64,000 bases of DNA, taken from the NCBI GenBank assembly GCA_964618725.1, contig CAZUBK010000001.1, forward strand, positions 68,878 to 132,877, written 5' to 3'. The translations under genes and the position numbers were made by a program. Source of the stretch: an uncultured Pseudomonadales bacterium. GTDB lineage: Bacteria; Patescibacteriota; Microgenomatia; UBA1400; Chazhemtobacteraceae. Under the pieces are notes generated by a model. That model searched no databases. It was not told where the DNA came from and worked only from the letters and a program-made list of their open reading frames with translations. Positions 45,317 through 55,678 of this stretch are shown here, piece after piece. Position 1 is the stretch's first letter, and each line of letters begins with the position of its first letter.

Positions 45317-46162
45317 TTATTCGCTTCCTGTTGCGTCCATTTCAAACTTGATTCCAGCTAAGGCCTCGTAAATACGATGAATTTGAACAGTGGTTTCTTC
45401 CGGCTTGCCTTTAAGGGCAATACTAATGGCAGTTTCGATGCGAGAACGGCGGATCTTAACCTTGGAGTTCTTGCCAAAGCCTTGTTGAAGCTGTTTGGCC
45501 ATAAGGTCAATCTCTTCACTCAAGACCTGGGGGTGAATGTTTTGAGTCTTGCTTTTGTCTTTGAGATTTTTGAAACGGCGGGCGAGCTCTTCGGCGCGTC
45601 TAACCGAGCCAGATTCACGTAGGATTATCTTGTAGGCCTCAATCATTAGTTGGGGATCCTGGATGGCAGCCAGAGCCCGTGCGTGGCCTTCAGAGATGAT
45701 GCCAGAGATGAGTCCGTCTTTGAGGGCATCGGGGAGTTGGAGCATTTTGAGGGTATTGCTGATATAGGCGGGGCTTTTACCGATTCTTTTGCTGACTTCG
45801 AGATTGCTTAAACGGAATTCAGTAATAAGGCGCTCGAAGGACTTGGCCCGATCGACTGGGTTTAGGTCAGTACGCTGAACATTCTCGACAATGGCCATTT
45901 CAAGCATGCCCTGAGGAGTGGTTTCTTTTATATGTACGGGAACTTCGGGGAGACCAGCGAGCTTGGCAGCACGCCAACGGCGCTCTCCGGCGATGATTTG
46001 ATAACCAGCGGGGGTGTGAGCCACGACGAGGGGTTCGATGATACCATGAATCTTGATAGAGTCGACAAGGTCAGCGAGAGAGTCATAGGTGATGACGCCG
46101 CGGGGCTGTAAAGGGTTTGGTTGAAGATAGTCTACTGGGAGAAAGCTGGGTTTGTCGCTCAT
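45317..46162 (-). CDS. parB: ParB/Spo0J chromosome partitioning protein
   Basis: GIIEPLVVAHTPAGYQIIAGERRWRAAKLAGL ParB box; HTH region. Confidence 0.8.
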   Translation of the reverse strand: MSDKPSFLPVDYLQPNPLQPRGVITYDSLADLVDSIKIHGIIEPLVVAHTPAGYQIIAGERRWRAAKLAGLPEVPVHIKETTPQGMLEMAIVENVQRTDLNPVDRAKSFERLITEFRLSNLEVSKRIGKSPAYISNTLKMLQLPDALKDGLISGIISEGHARALAAIQDPQLMIEAYKIILRESGSVRRAEELARRFKNLKDKSKTQNIHPQVLSEEIDLMAKQLQQGFGKNSKVKIRRSRIETAISIALKGKPEETTVQIHRIYEALAGIKFEMDATGSE

Positions 46163-46407
46163 TGAGAGACGGTAATAAATTTCTTACCCATTCTGGTCAA
46201 GAAACTAACGACACCATTTTGCATCGCGTAAATAGTGAAATCTTTACCGATACCTGTGCCGGTGCCTGAGTGGAACTTGGTCCCGCGTTGACGAACAATG
46301 ATTTGTCCAGTTTTAATTTTTTGGCTACCGTAGATTTTGACTCCAAGACGCTTCCCAGCGCGTTGTGAGTGTTGACGGGCCTTACCACCGGCTTTGACGT
46401 GTGACAT
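46159..46407 (-). CDS. rpmA: 50S ribosomal protein L27
   Basis: KRLGVKIYGSQ...IIVRQRGTKFH.G...GKDFT signature. Confidence 0.85.
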   Translation of the reverse strand: MSHVKAGGKARQHSQRAGKRLGVKIYGSQKIKTGQIIVRQRGTKFHSGTGTGIGKDFTIYAMQNGVVSFLTRMGKKFITVSQ

Positions 46408-46424
46408 TTTTGATTAATTAAGTG

Positions 46425-47537
46425 TTATTTTTTCTCGAAGAGAAGAATTCTGCGAATGATACTTGCCCCCTCGCGGGTGAAGTCCAGATCCGACTGCAAA
46501 CAATTGTAGCCTAAGTTTTCACAAGTGTCAATGAACTCAGCTACCCAGCGGGTGGCCTGGCGGCTAGCTGTGAAAATTGGGTAACAGAAGACGATTCTAC
46601 CCTTGGGGGGCAAAATATTTATCCAGTCCTTGAAAGCGCCAATGTAGAGTTTCTGAAGACCTTTTTGCAGACCGGTTATTTGTGTCAGACGGGGATTGGG
46701 CGGACCAAGAGTAGGTTCGGTGACAATAGTATCGACACAAGAGACTTCTTTAGAAATATGGGTAGCATCGGCGACTAAAAGGGTAAGGGCGGACTTGCTT
46801 CCAGCACACGACTGCTCTTTGGGGAGCCACTTCATATTGCTGTTTGTCCCGGTAACTTGTTGAGGCGAGAGATCAGATCCAATGACGCTGATGCCTAGAA
46901 GAGAGGCTTCCATAAGGACAGTGCCTGTACCACAAAAGGGATCAAGAAGAGTGACTCCTTTGGGATCTTTGTCGGCAATGCCAAGATTGACCATGATTCG
47001 GGCGAGTTTGGGCGGTAACATACCTAGTTTTGGGGTAACATAGGGTTTGTTTCTGTCACGGGCGATCCAGTGGCGGAAATTATGACTCCAGACGGTTTTG
47101 TAGAAACGATTCTCTTTGGGGTCAACGAAGATTTCGGTAACTTTCTTTTTTTGGAGGGCGACAGGGGAGAGACCAGTGCTATCCTTGGCGAGAAGATATC
47201 GAGCAATATGACGCTCAAGTAACTCATCTTTTATTTGTTCAGAAAGATCCTTGGTACTCTGGGAAGCGAGAAAGGTGAGACTGAAGTTCTTGGTATCTTT
47301 GAGGAGCTCAAGGAGTTTTTTCTTAAGATCAGAATCATCCTGGTACTCAGCAATCTCTTGTGCGACTTTGATGCTGCCACCTAAGCGGCAAAACTGTTCT
47401 TCACTGAGAGGTTCCTCGGTAGAAAGAGGCAAGATGCTAACTTTGGCCTCACCTAAGGAAGCAGCCGGAAAGATAGCTTTGAGTTCCGCAATTGCGAGCG
47501 GTTTGTTTTGACCTAAAAAGAAGAGATAGCGTGTCAC
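46425..47537 (-). CDS. THUMP-associated/UPF0020-type RNA (guanine-N2) methyltransferase-like protein
   Basis: LLDPFCGTGTVLMEA (motif I of the UPF0020/N6-N4 methyltransferase class), catalytic-loop-like VTEPTLGPP. Confidence 0.5.
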   Translation of the reverse strand: MTRYLFFLGQNKPLAIAELKAIFPAASLGEAKVSILPLSTEEPLSEEQFCRLGGSIKVAQEIAEYQDDSDLKKKLLELLKDTKNFSLTFLASQSTKDLSEQIKDELLERHIARYLLAKDSTGLSPVALQKKKVTEIFVDPKENRFYKTVWSHNFRHWIARDRNKPYVTPKLGMLPPKLARIMVNLGIADKDPKGVTLLDPFCGTGTVLMEASLLGISVIGSDLSPQQVTGTNSNMKWLPKEQSCAGSKSALTLLVADATHISKEVSCVDTIVTEPTLGPPNPRLTQITGLQKGLQKLYIGAFKDWINILPPKGRIVFCYPIFTASRQATRWVAEFIDTCENLGYNCLQSDLDFTREGASIIRRILLFEKK

Positions 47538-47854
47538 TTGAGAACTATTTTACTGACTTCCAGAACGGTTTGGGGTTGACGATGGCCAACCTTGCGACGA
47601 TATCGACTCTTGGCCCGGAAACGAGCAGTGGTGACTTTTTCACCCTTGCCTAGTTTAATGACTTTAAGAGAAACGGAAGCGTCTTTAACATAGGGCATGC
47701 CCAGAAGAACTTTGTCATCAACGGTGGCCAGTAGAACTTCGTTTACATTCATGTCTTTACCCTCTTCGGTGTCGACATGTTTGTCGATCTTAAGAGTTTC
47801 GCCTTCGGAGACGAGGTATTGTTTGCCAGCAAGAGAAATAACAGCTTGTGTCAT
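47534..47854 (-). CDS. rplU: 50S ribosomal protein L21
   Basis: MTQAVISLAGKQYLVSEGETL...FRAKSRYRRKVGHRQPQTVLEV. Start placed at the internal Met (the track ORF extends to 47890). Confidence 0.8.
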   Translation of the reverse strand: MTQAVISLAGKQYLVSEGETLKIDKHVDTEEGKDMNVNEVLLATVDDKVLLGMPYVKDASVSLKVIKLGKGEKVTTARFRAKSRYRRKVGHRQPQTVLEVSKIVLK

Positions 47855-48077
47855 GGAATATATTTTACAGGACTTGTGGCTAAAGATCAATGGATGTGAT
47901 TAGTTTGCTCTTTTCCGTGGAGAATGAGAAAACTTTTTTAGTCCTTTCCAGGTTGGTCTGATTGTTTTTAGAAAGGCAACTATTTTTGAATCAATTTCTT
48001 GATATGGTAACGTCTCCTCTATCAAAATCATGCCGAGAGAGAATTCACTTTTCAGTGGAAGATAGTGTTTTGAGTTT

Positions 48078-48263
48078 TTAGTAATAATGATTCTTCCTTC
48101 TTTTTTTAGCTGTTAAAGCTACCCTTTCGTCAGTTACGCCGCCAAGATTGGAGTCATGCACGATACTGCGTAGATTATGTAAATTGTTTAACTCAGGGAA
48201 GTTCTCACGTCCTGGAAACATCTCGTCTAGGAGAAGCCTAAATTTGGACGGGTGTTTGACCAT
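48078..48263 (-). pseudogene. Truncated DUF5615 (PIN-like) protein, putative toxin partner of DUF433
   Basis: KFRLLLDEMFP matches the DUF5615 N-terminus, but the ORF is only 61 aa (family members are typically over 100 aa) and overlaps the DUF433 gene by 26 nt. Confidence 0.3.
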
Positions 48264-48501
48264 ATCCGAATTGTTTCATTAGGCTTATGAACTTATCTAC
48301 TTTGTCGTTAGTTAAAGTCGGATATTCCATTAGAATAATCCGACGAGGATAACGACGCCTAAATGTAAGTTCAAAAAGAAGGCTGGCAGGAATGCGTGTA
48401 CCGATGATTACTGGCTCTCCACCAAGAATATCTGGATTACTTATGATTGGATCTTTGAGAGGAAAGTCTGATTGAGTCTTCATAGATTTAGTATATATCA
48501 A
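48238..48501 (-). CDS. DUF433 domain protein (putative antitoxin-like)
   Basis: PDILGGEPVIIGTRIPASLL matches the DUF433 core. Confidence 0.5.
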   Translation of the reverse strand: MIYTKSMKTQSDFPLKDPIISNPDILGGEPVIIGTRIPASLLFELTFRRRYPRRIILMEYPTLTNDKVDKFISLMKQFGYGQTPVQI

Positions 48502-48709
48502 TTTTGTTACCAGTGATAAATGATCTCAGGGATCAGACTATTCCATAGATACAGACTAGCCAAATGTAACCCGAACGTCGAAAGTTCCTTTTTTCTGTTA
48601 AAATGATTATTGCTTATGACTAAGAAACTTACAGCGACAAAGATTTCCCACTAGGGGCATAGTAGATATATTTTTTGAACTACTCCCCTCCTAGCGGGGG
48701 GATTTTATT

Positions 48710-50068
48710 ATGATCGGACTAAAATGCGAAAACATCAGCAAATTATACAACCAGCCACTTTTGGACCGGGTAAGTTTGGTATTTAGCGGACGGGGAGTGA
48801 TTGGCTTGATTGGAGACAATGGATGTGGCAAATCTACTTTGCTTAAGATCTTAAGTGGGGAGGAAACACAGTTTGAGGGCAAGTTTTTTTGGAGCCAGGC
48901 GACTCACATTGGCTATATGCCCCAGGAGATAATGGGAGGAGATAGGTTATCGGGGGGACAAAAGAAGATTGAGAAGCTAGCCGAGCTACTTTACTCCGGC
49001 TATTACGACGTTGTGTTATTAGATGAACCGGATAATCACCTGGATTTTGAGGGTAAGGACTGGCTACAAATGGCATTAGAACAATTCCCGGGGCTTGTTA
49101 TCATGATCTCTCATGATCGGGATTTTTTAGCAAAAACGACACAATATACCTGGTTGATTGAAGATAGGCAGATTAGGACATTCCCCTTTGGATACAAGAA
49201 GTTTGAGGAAGTCTATCGTGATGAACAGGAATATCAAAAGAAGCTGTTTGGACTACAGGAGAAGGAAAAGAAAAGATTAGAAGAACTGGTCAAGATCTTC
49301 AGGGTCAGAGCGGCATCAAACAAGAAAAGAGCCGCGGCGTATCACAATATGGTCAAGAGATTGGAGAGACACAACAAAGAAGCGATTGAGGATCCAAAGA
49401 AGCGACTGGCGAGAATATATCTGGATAGCCGGGTAGACAAGAAACAGATCAAGGGTAAGACGGCTATCCTAGTCAAGGACTTGGTCTTCTCGTATGGCGA
49501 CAACAAGGTATTTGATGGGGCTAACCTGCATCTAGCAGTGAAGGACAAAGTCGTCTTGGTGGCACCGAATGGAGCGGGTAAGTCAACACTCATTAAGCTT
49601 CTGCTTGGGCAACTGCAACCAAATGAAGGAGTGGTCAAAATTGGCAACAACCTGGAGATTGGCTATTACTCTCAGGAACACTCTCAGGCATTAGACGAGG
49701 AGAGCACGCCGATAAAACAGTTTATGGATACATATCCTATGTTTGAATACGAAGTAGAAGGGGTGTTGCGTAAATTCCTCTTCACTAAGCAGACGATGAG
49801 ATCAAAGATTGAGTTACTCTCAGGTGGCCAAAAAGCGAGGCTGCAGTTGGCCCTTTTCTTGTATCGGAAGCCAGATATCTTGATTTTGGATGAGCCGACA
49901 AACCACCTGGACATCAAATCAATTCAGGCAATGGAGAACTTCTTAAATGAGTATCAAGGCAGCGTGCTCCTTATCTCCCACGACAAAGAACTAATTGAGG
50001 CTGTAGGTGAAGAAACATTTACGATTAAGAACGGGAGAATTGAGCAGTCTCCACCAACCTATAGTTGA
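48710..50068 (+). CDS. ABC-F family ATPase (tandem ABC domains, no TMD)
   Basis: Two Walker A (GDNGCGKSTLL, APNGAGKSTLI), two signatures (LSGGQKKIEKL, LSGGQKARLQL), two Walker B (LLDEPDNHLD, LILDEPTNHLD). Confidence 0.8.
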   Translation: MIGLKCENISKLYNQPLLDRVSLVFSGRGVIGLIGDNGCGKSTLLKILSGEETQFEGKFFWSQATHIGYMPQEIMGGDRLSGGQKKIEKLAELLYSGYYDVVLLDEPDNHLDFEGKDWLQMALEQFPGLVIMISHDRDFLAKTTQYTWLIEDRQIRTFPFGYKKFEEVYRDEQEYQKKLFGLQEKEKKRLEELVKIFRVRAASNKKRAAAYHNMVKRLERHNKEAIEDPKKRLARIYLDSRVDKKQIKGKTAILVKDLVFSYGDNKVFDGANLHLAVKDKVVLVAPNGAGKSTLIKLLLGQLQPNEGVVKIGNNLEIGYYSQEHSQALDEESTPIKQFMDTYPMFEYEVEGVLRKFLFTKQTMRSKIELLSGGQKARLQLALFLYRKPDILILDEPTNHLDIKSIQAMENFLNEYQGSVLLISHDKELIEAVGEETFTIKNGRIEQSPPTYS

Positions 50069-50095
50069 CTTGGCGTCAAGTTCTGATAGAATAGT
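50066..50095 (+). promoter_or_regulatory. Sigma70-like promoter (TTGACT-16-TAGAAT)
   Basis: ttgacttggcgtcaagttctgatagaat overlaps the ABC-F stop and lies upstream of the RBS ggagga for the next small gene. Confidence 0.45.
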
Positions 50096-50152
50096 CCAAC
50101 TTATTCTTTCATACTGCTTCGTTCCCAGACATGCGAGCGAACCGGAGGAAAA

Positions 50153-50525
50153 CGTGATTCAATTGATGCCGCCAGTGATGAGGCACTATCGTACTTTGAA
50201 CTTGGAGGTTAACTATCGCGGACTTTACTTGAGTATTTTTCAATATGAGGGACGATCCCACGCGCTGAATACTTGGACGATTGAGAAGCTCCCGACAGAC
50301 TTTCTTGAATTGGCCGACGCTATTTTGAGACCAAAAGATAGTGCCACCTATTTACCTTTGGGAGAGTTTAAACATGGACATGTCGAGGGATCTTTAATTG
50401 CTCTTGACAGCGGAATGATTCGCCTTTGGTTTGAAACAAACGATTTATACAGCCCCAAAGAAATTGTCCTTCGCCCGGAAGAACTGCGTACATTAATCGC
50501 CAAAATTCGTGGATATTTCCGCTAA
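50153..50525 (+). CDS. Hypothetical protein (~124 aa)
   Basis: Track ORF 50007..50525 trimmed to the GTG after RBS ggagga. Followed by a strong terminator. Confidence 0.35.
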
Positions 50526-50529
50526 AGGT

Positions 50530-50565
50530 AAAAAAGGCGATCTTAACCAAGGTCGCCTTTTTTTA
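50530..50565 (+). terminator. Rho-independent terminator
   Basis: aaaaaggcgatcttaaccaaggtcgcctttttttat. Confidence 0.7.
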
Positions 50566-50623
50566 TGTTTACAACCAAAGTAAGACAAAATGGAACACTT
50601 TAGAAAAAATGTATATTTGACTT

Positions 50624-51097
50624 ATGAGGCAGACAAAATGGTGGCGGCTACCGGTGAGCTTGGCATTGAGCTTTTCTGCGGCAGCAATTGGTGGAGCATA
50701 TACGGCTCAAGGCTTGGGTTCTTGGTACGACACACTTAACAAGCCTTTTTTTCAGCCGCCAGCTTGGGTTTTCGGTCCGGTTTGGACGGTACTGTACTTT
50801 CTGATGGCTGTTTCTTTGTTTCTGGTCTGGAACAAGAGTAGGGGCAATAGACTTCGGGAAGTATGGACTCTGTTTTTGGCCCAGTTGTTTTTGAACATTT
50901 CCTGGACATATATCTTTTTTGCTGCCAAAGAAATCTCTTTGGCGTTTTTGGAGATCGTGATCTTGTGGGTCGTGATCTGGAAGATGAGGCGGGTATATAT
51001 GAAGATAGATAAGACGGCTGGGATGCTACTGGTGCCGTATTTGGCCTGGGTGGGATTTGCCTGCTTACTTAACTTGGCAGTTGTGGTGCTAAATTAG
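50624..51097 (+). CDS. TspO/MBR family tryptophan-rich sensory protein
   Basis: WYDTLNKPFFQPPAWVFGPVWTVLY and five TM helices typical of TspO. Confidence 0.75.
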   Translation: MRQTKWWRLPVSLALSFSAAAIGGAYTAQGLGSWYDTLNKPFFQPPAWVFGPVWTVLYFLMAVSLFLVWNKSRGNRLREVWTLFLAQLFLNISWTYIFFAAKEISLAFLEIVILWVVIWKMRRVYMKIDKTAGMLLVPYLAWVGFACLLNLAVVVLN

Positions 51098-51121
51098 ATA
51101 GGGAGCAATCCTAAAGTCAAG

Positions 51122-52171
51122 TTAATCTAGTTTTTTAGATTTCCTGACCGAGAGAACGAAGCCTAACACTATAGCCGAAGAGAGAATGGAGCTGCCACCG
51201 TAGGAAAAAAGGGGAAGGGTGATACCAGTCACGGGAAGTATCCCCATATTCATGCCGGTATTGATGGCAAATTGGATAAAGAAGAGCCAGAAAGCACCGG
51301 TGATCAAGAGTCGATCAAAAGCGATTAAGTGTTTTGAGAGATGCAAGAGCCAGAGAAGAAGGGTGAGAAAGCTAACAAAAAGTAGCGTTGAGCCAATGAA
51401 GCCAAATTCTTCGGCAAAGGAGGCGAAGGCGAAGTCTGTATGGCGTTCGGGGAGGAAGCGAAGATGAGATTGAGTCCCTTGGCGGACGCCTTTGCCCAGA
51501 ATGCCACCGGAGCCAACGGCGATCATGGCTTGGATGACGTTGTAGCCGCTTCCTCCAGGATCGGAGTAGGGACTGATGAAGGTATGGAGGCGTTGGCGTT
51601 GGTAGTCTTTGAGAAATGTAAAGCCAATAGGAAGAGAGAGTAGGCCGATGAAAAGAAAAATTATTAGCTGTCTGGTGGGAAAGCGGGAGGCGAAAAGCAT
51701 GCCGAACCAGATAGCGATAACGACTAAGCTAGAGCCTAGATCTGGCTGAAGAAAGATTAAGGCGGTTGGGGGAATGAGTAGACCGATTTGATTGATTAAC
51801 CAACGACCGTAACGATAGATGGGCTTGTTGAAACTACTAGCGAAGAAGGCGATGAGGAGGGGCTTGCTAAATTCGGATGATTGAAAGCGAAAAGGACCAA
51901 GGTCAATCCAGCGAACGGAACCCCTGGTGGCGCTACCAAGGATAAAGGTGGCGACGAGGAAGATAAGGGCGAGGATGTAGAGAAAGGGGGCGAGTGACTC
52001 GAGAAGACGGTGATCTAGACGAGACAAAAGGATGACGACTAAGATTCCGGCAAGAAAAAAAGTAAGTTGATTGGGAAATAGATCGGGGTAGGTACTCAAA
52101 ATAGTAGTTAAGCCCAATATCACGATTACTCCCAGACTGATAATCAGCGGAAAAAGGGGGGGTGATTTCAT
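51122..52171 (-). CDS. SEDS-family protein (RodA/FtsW-like)
   Basis: GSGYNVIQAMIAVGSGGILGKG...FLPERHTDFAFASFAEEFGFIGS. Confidence 0.75.
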   Translation of the reverse strand: MKSPPLFPLIISLGVIVILGLTTILSTYPDLFPNQLTFFLAGILVVILLSRLDHRLLESLAPFLYILALIFLVATFILGSATRGSVRWIDLGPFRFQSSEFSKPLLIAFFASSFNKPIYRYGRWLINQIGLLIPPTALIFLQPDLGSSLVVIAIWFGMLFASRFPTRQLIIFLFIGLLSLPIGFTFLKDYQRQRLHTFISPYSDPGGSGYNVIQAMIAVGSGGILGKGVRQGTQSHLRFLPERHTDFAFASFAEEFGFIGSTLLFVSFLTLLLWLLHLSKHLIAFDRLLITGAFWLFFIQFAINTGMNMGILPVTGITLPLFSYGGSSILSSAIVLGFVLSVRKSKKLD

Positions 52172-52180
52172 ACAGACAGT

Positions 52181-55135
52181 TTAAGCGTGGCGACGATTTA
52201 CAGCAACGACCTCACCCTTTCTTAGCTCCCCGATCAGGGCTTGGCGCTTGATCTCTTCCTCGTATTCGCTTGGCCAGTCGGGAAGAGTGGCATCGACAAC
52301 TTCATTGAGGTCACAATCAGCCTCTTTTCTTTTTTGCTGGAGAAGACGAATAACTTCTCGTGCCTTACCGGCAGCGAGGAGGTCGGGGGTGAGATTGGTA
52401 TCTAGTTCAATGGATAGGTCAGTGTCGGCTTTACTAAAGACGACTTCTTTGAGATTGAGTTCCTCTTTGATCAGTTCGATTAGATCGGGACTTAAGTTAA
52501 TCCCGTCCTTACTGGAGATGGTAATTTTACTTAGTGGTTGGCGAACGGGGAGATTGCTTTGTTTTCGAGCGGCGTGGCCTTGTTCGACTATCTTTCGTAT
52601 CAGAGTCATAGCCTGTTCGAGCGGCTGATCGATGTATTCATTATTGAACTTGGGCCAGTTAGTTAGATGAACAGAATCTCCGGTGAGATTGCGATGCATC
52701 TGATCGGCGATGAAGGGAGTGAACGGCATGAGGAGTTGGCCTAAAGTGAAAAAGGTATGGTGAAGGACATTCATGCAGGATTGTTTGTCTTCACTTTCTT
52801 CGACAGTTGGCCCAACGCGGTCGCGGGAACGACGAATGTACCAAGTGGAGAGGTCGTTAACGAAGTCTTCAATGGTATTAGCGGCGGTAAAGGCATTGTA
52901 TTGATCAAGTGAGTCAGTCACTATCTTCATAGTCGAGTGAAGACGGCTTAAGATCCAGCGATCGAGATCACTATTTGGAGTTAACTCACCAGGGACAAAG
53001 TTCTCAAGGCAAGCATAGTTGACGTAGAAGCGGTATGAGTTCCAGAGAATCATATGGAAGCGGCGTCTGACTTCATCGGCCAATTTGAAACCAAAGAGGA
53101 GATTACTTTGGGGGGTGTGGCGGACAAACATCCAGCGCATGACGTCACTGCCGATTTTCCCGGCGGCTTCGTTAAACTCGATTGAGTTACCCCAGGATTT
53201 ATGCATGGCACGACCGTCTTCGGCTAGAAGTGAAGCAAATCCCAAAAGATTGAGGAAAGGAGGAGTATCCTCAAGGACGGTACTCATGGTAAGAAGAGAG
53301 TAGAACCAGTTCTTGAATTGACCAGGGAAGGACTCGGTAACAAAATCTGCCGGGAACCAATATTTCCAGTACTCTTGGTTGTCGGTGTAGCTAACTTTTT
53401 TAGTCTTGGGATCAATTAGAGTAGAAAAAGGAACAATACCGGCATCAAGCCAAGGGTTACCAACATCAGGAATACGCGAGGCAGCGCCACCACAGTCACA
53501 TTTGATTTTGATCTTGTCAATAAAAGGCCGATGTGGAGTATGCCCGTCAAACTCATCCCAACCACTAATGGCCTTTTCTTTTAGTTCATCGTAACTGCCG
53601 ATGACTTCAAACTGGTGACATTTGGGACATTCCCAAATGGGGAGAGCGAGACCCCAGTAGCGCTTTTTACTGATGAGCCAATCGTGCATGTTTTTCAACC
53701 AATCTAATTCTCTATCCAGACCAAAATCGGGGATCCAGTTGATTTGTTTGGTGATTTTCTTAAGACGGGGACGGAGGGGATTCTGGCCGTTATCCATACC
53801 GATATACCACTCGTCGACCACTCGCCACATCAGTTCGGTCTTACAGCGCCAACAGGCGGGATAGCGGTGTTTGTAATGATGGGTAGCAACGACGCTGTCC
53901 TTTTCCTTTAAGTAATCGAGGACCAACTCGGGGTGCTTTTTAGCATTTTGAGTAGAGAGGAAACCGAATCCCTCGTAATAGCTACCGTCTTCGTCGATGG
54001 GAGCAATGACGGAGAGACTTTCTTTCTTGCCCAAGGCAAAGTCCTCGGTACCGGCTCCGGGAGCAATATGCACAAGACCAGTTCCTTCACTTGGAGTAAC
54101 CAGATCCTTGGCGGGAATGATGGTATGGAAAGTGTCGGGGTGAGTTTGTTTGGCTTTTTGGACGACAGGGAGGTTGTCGAAGGGACCGACATATTTCTTG
54201 TTTAAGAGATCACTTCCAGAAATACTCTTGAATTTTTCATAGCTGTTACCAATTAGCTTAAAGACGCGGTCAGCCGGTTTGATATCAACGTCGAAATCGC
54301 CGGACTCGAGAAGTAGAAGCTGCTCACCTGTTTGAGGATGCCTGTAAACGGCATAAGTATAGTCGGGGTGAATGGCAACGGCGACATTGGCGGGGATGGT
54401 CCAGGGAGTGGTGGTCCAGACCAAGAGGGAGAAGTCCTCGCCTTCAACGGGCAACTTAAAAAAGACTGATTCATGGACGGCCTCTTTGTAATCCTCGGTA
54501 AGCATCTCGTGCTGAGAAATGGCGGTGCCACAGCGGGGGCACCAAGGAACCGAGTCGTGACCTTTGTAGATGTAGCCTGCCTCGTGACATTTTTTCAAGA
54601 AATGCCAGATCATGTAGTTGTTCTCGTCACTCATGGTGAAGTAAGAGTTGTCCCAGTCCATGAAATAGCCAAGGCGTTTGCTTTGATCGGTTTGGATGAC
54701 GGAGTACTTACGGACACGCTCTTTGCAGAGCTCGATGAATTTTCCAACACCAAAAGTCTCGATATCCTTCTTGTTCTTGAAGCCAAGCTCTTTCTCGACT
54801 TCGACTTCGACCCAAAGGCCTTGGCAGTCAAAGCCGTTCTGGAATCTTTGCTTAAACCCTTGCATGTTCTTGTAGCGCTGCCAGAGATCTTTGTAGGTCC
54901 GCCCCCAGGCGTGATGGACACCCATGGGGTTGTTGGCGGTAATGGGACCGTCCTGAAAATAGAACTTTTCTTTCTTGGCGTCGTTTTTGTGGAGGTAGTT
55001 CTCAACCGTGCCATCCTGATACCACTGATCCAAAAGGGACTGTTCCATTTCAGGGAAATTGGGATTACTGTCGACTGGTTTGATTTGGTTCTTATGTTTG
55101 GTCATCTTAGTTAATTCTACAAAAAAGGCACGCAT
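52181..55135 (-). CDS. ileS: Isoleucyl-tRNA synthetase (class I) with atypical HIGH region
   Basis: 984 aa. FQDGPITANNPMGVHHAWGRTYKD aligns to the IleRS PPYANG..HIGH region. GFDCQGLWVEVEVEKELG compares to GWDCHGLPIE. Zn motif WCPRCGT. KMSKS-like RAMHKSWGN. Confidence 0.6.
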   Translation of the reverse strand: MRAFFVELTKMTKHKNQIKPVDSNPNFPEMEQSLLDQWYQDGTVENYLHKNDAKKEKFYFQDGPITANNPMGVHHAWGRTYKDLWQRYKNMQGFKQRFQNGFDCQGLWVEVEVEKELGFKNKKDIETFGVGKFIELCKERVRKYSVIQTDQSKRLGYFMDWDNSYFTMSDENNYMIWHFLKKCHEAGYIYKGHDSVPWCPRCGTAISQHEMLTEDYKEAVHESVFFKLPVEGEDFSLLVWTTTPWTIPANVAVAIHPDYTYAVYRHPQTGEQLLLLESGDFDVDIKPADRVFKLIGNSYEKFKSISGSDLLNKKYVGPFDNLPVVQKAKQTHPDTFHTIIPAKDLVTPSEGTGLVHIAPGAGTEDFALGKKESLSVIAPIDEDGSYYEGFGFLSTQNAKKHPELVLDYLKEKDSVVATHHYKHRYPACWRCKTELMWRVVDEWYIGMDNGQNPLRPRLKKITKQINWIPDFGLDRELDWLKNMHDWLISKKRYWGLALPIWECPKCHQFEVIGSYDELKEKAISGWDEFDGHTPHRPFIDKIKIKCDCGGAASRIPDVGNPWLDAGIVPFSTLIDPKTKKVSYTDNQEYWKYWFPADFVTESFPGQFKNWFYSLLTMSTVLEDTPPFLNLLGFASLLAEDGRAMHKSWGNSIEFNEAAGKIGSDVMRWMFVRHTPQSNLLFGFKLADEVRRRFHMILWNSYRFYVNYACLENFVPGELTPNSDLDRWILSRLHSTMKIVTDSLDQYNAFTAANTIEDFVNDLSTWYIRRSRDRVGPTVEESEDKQSCMNVLHHTFFTLGQLLMPFTPFIADQMHRNLTGDSVHLTNWPKFNNEYIDQPLEQAMTLIRKIVEQGHAARKQSNLPVRQPLSKITISSKDGINLSPDLIELIKEELNLKEVVFSKADTDLSIELDTNLTPDLLAAGKAREVIRLLQQKRKEADCDLNEVVDATLPDWPSEYEEEIKRQALIGELRKGEVVAVNRRHA

Positions 55136-55381
55136 AATGCGTGCTTAGATCTCAGCCTACGGCTTCGAGGTACCATCTAAACGGTAACTTAATTACGGCT
55201 GTAACGGGCGTGCCCGAGGAGGTCTAATACAAAGGGAAATCCCTGTGGTTCTTCTCCTGGCTGTCCAGTGATGGCTGGATGAGGCGCTTTACATGTATTT
55301 TAACTGATTGGGGCTGACTTGACAATCCCGGTGTTATGGGGTATTATGGTTGGAAACGTCTTAGCCCCTGGGAGGCCAAAA

Positions 55382-55588
55382 ATGAGCGAGATCCTGATCG
55401 TCGATGCCGATGGCCACACCTTCGAAAGACGCCAGGTCCCTGGTTGGGTCACTGTTGAGACCAAGCAGATTGAAGGTAAGGTTATTCTCTACGTGGGGAA
55501 CGAGGCACCGGAGGAGTTCATTCCTGAAGAGTTTCAGGAAGTTAGAATTACCCGCTCTGATGGAACGATAGAGCAAATCCTGCTGTAA
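55382..55588 (+). CDS. Small protein, paralog 1 of a tandem three-member family
   Basis: 68 aa from the Met after RBS gggagg. Own terminator gaggccccgcttggcggggcc at ~55591..55622. Confidence 0.4.
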   Translation: MSEILIVDADGHTFERRQVPGWVTVETKQIEGKVILYVGNEAPEEFIPEEFQEVRITRSDGTIEQILL

Positions 55589-55678
55589 CTTGAGGCCCCG
55601 CTTGGCGGGGCCTTTACTTTTTGTTACTTATGGGTTATGATGGATGAGTTCTAACGATCTCAGCTTAAGGAGAAAAGA

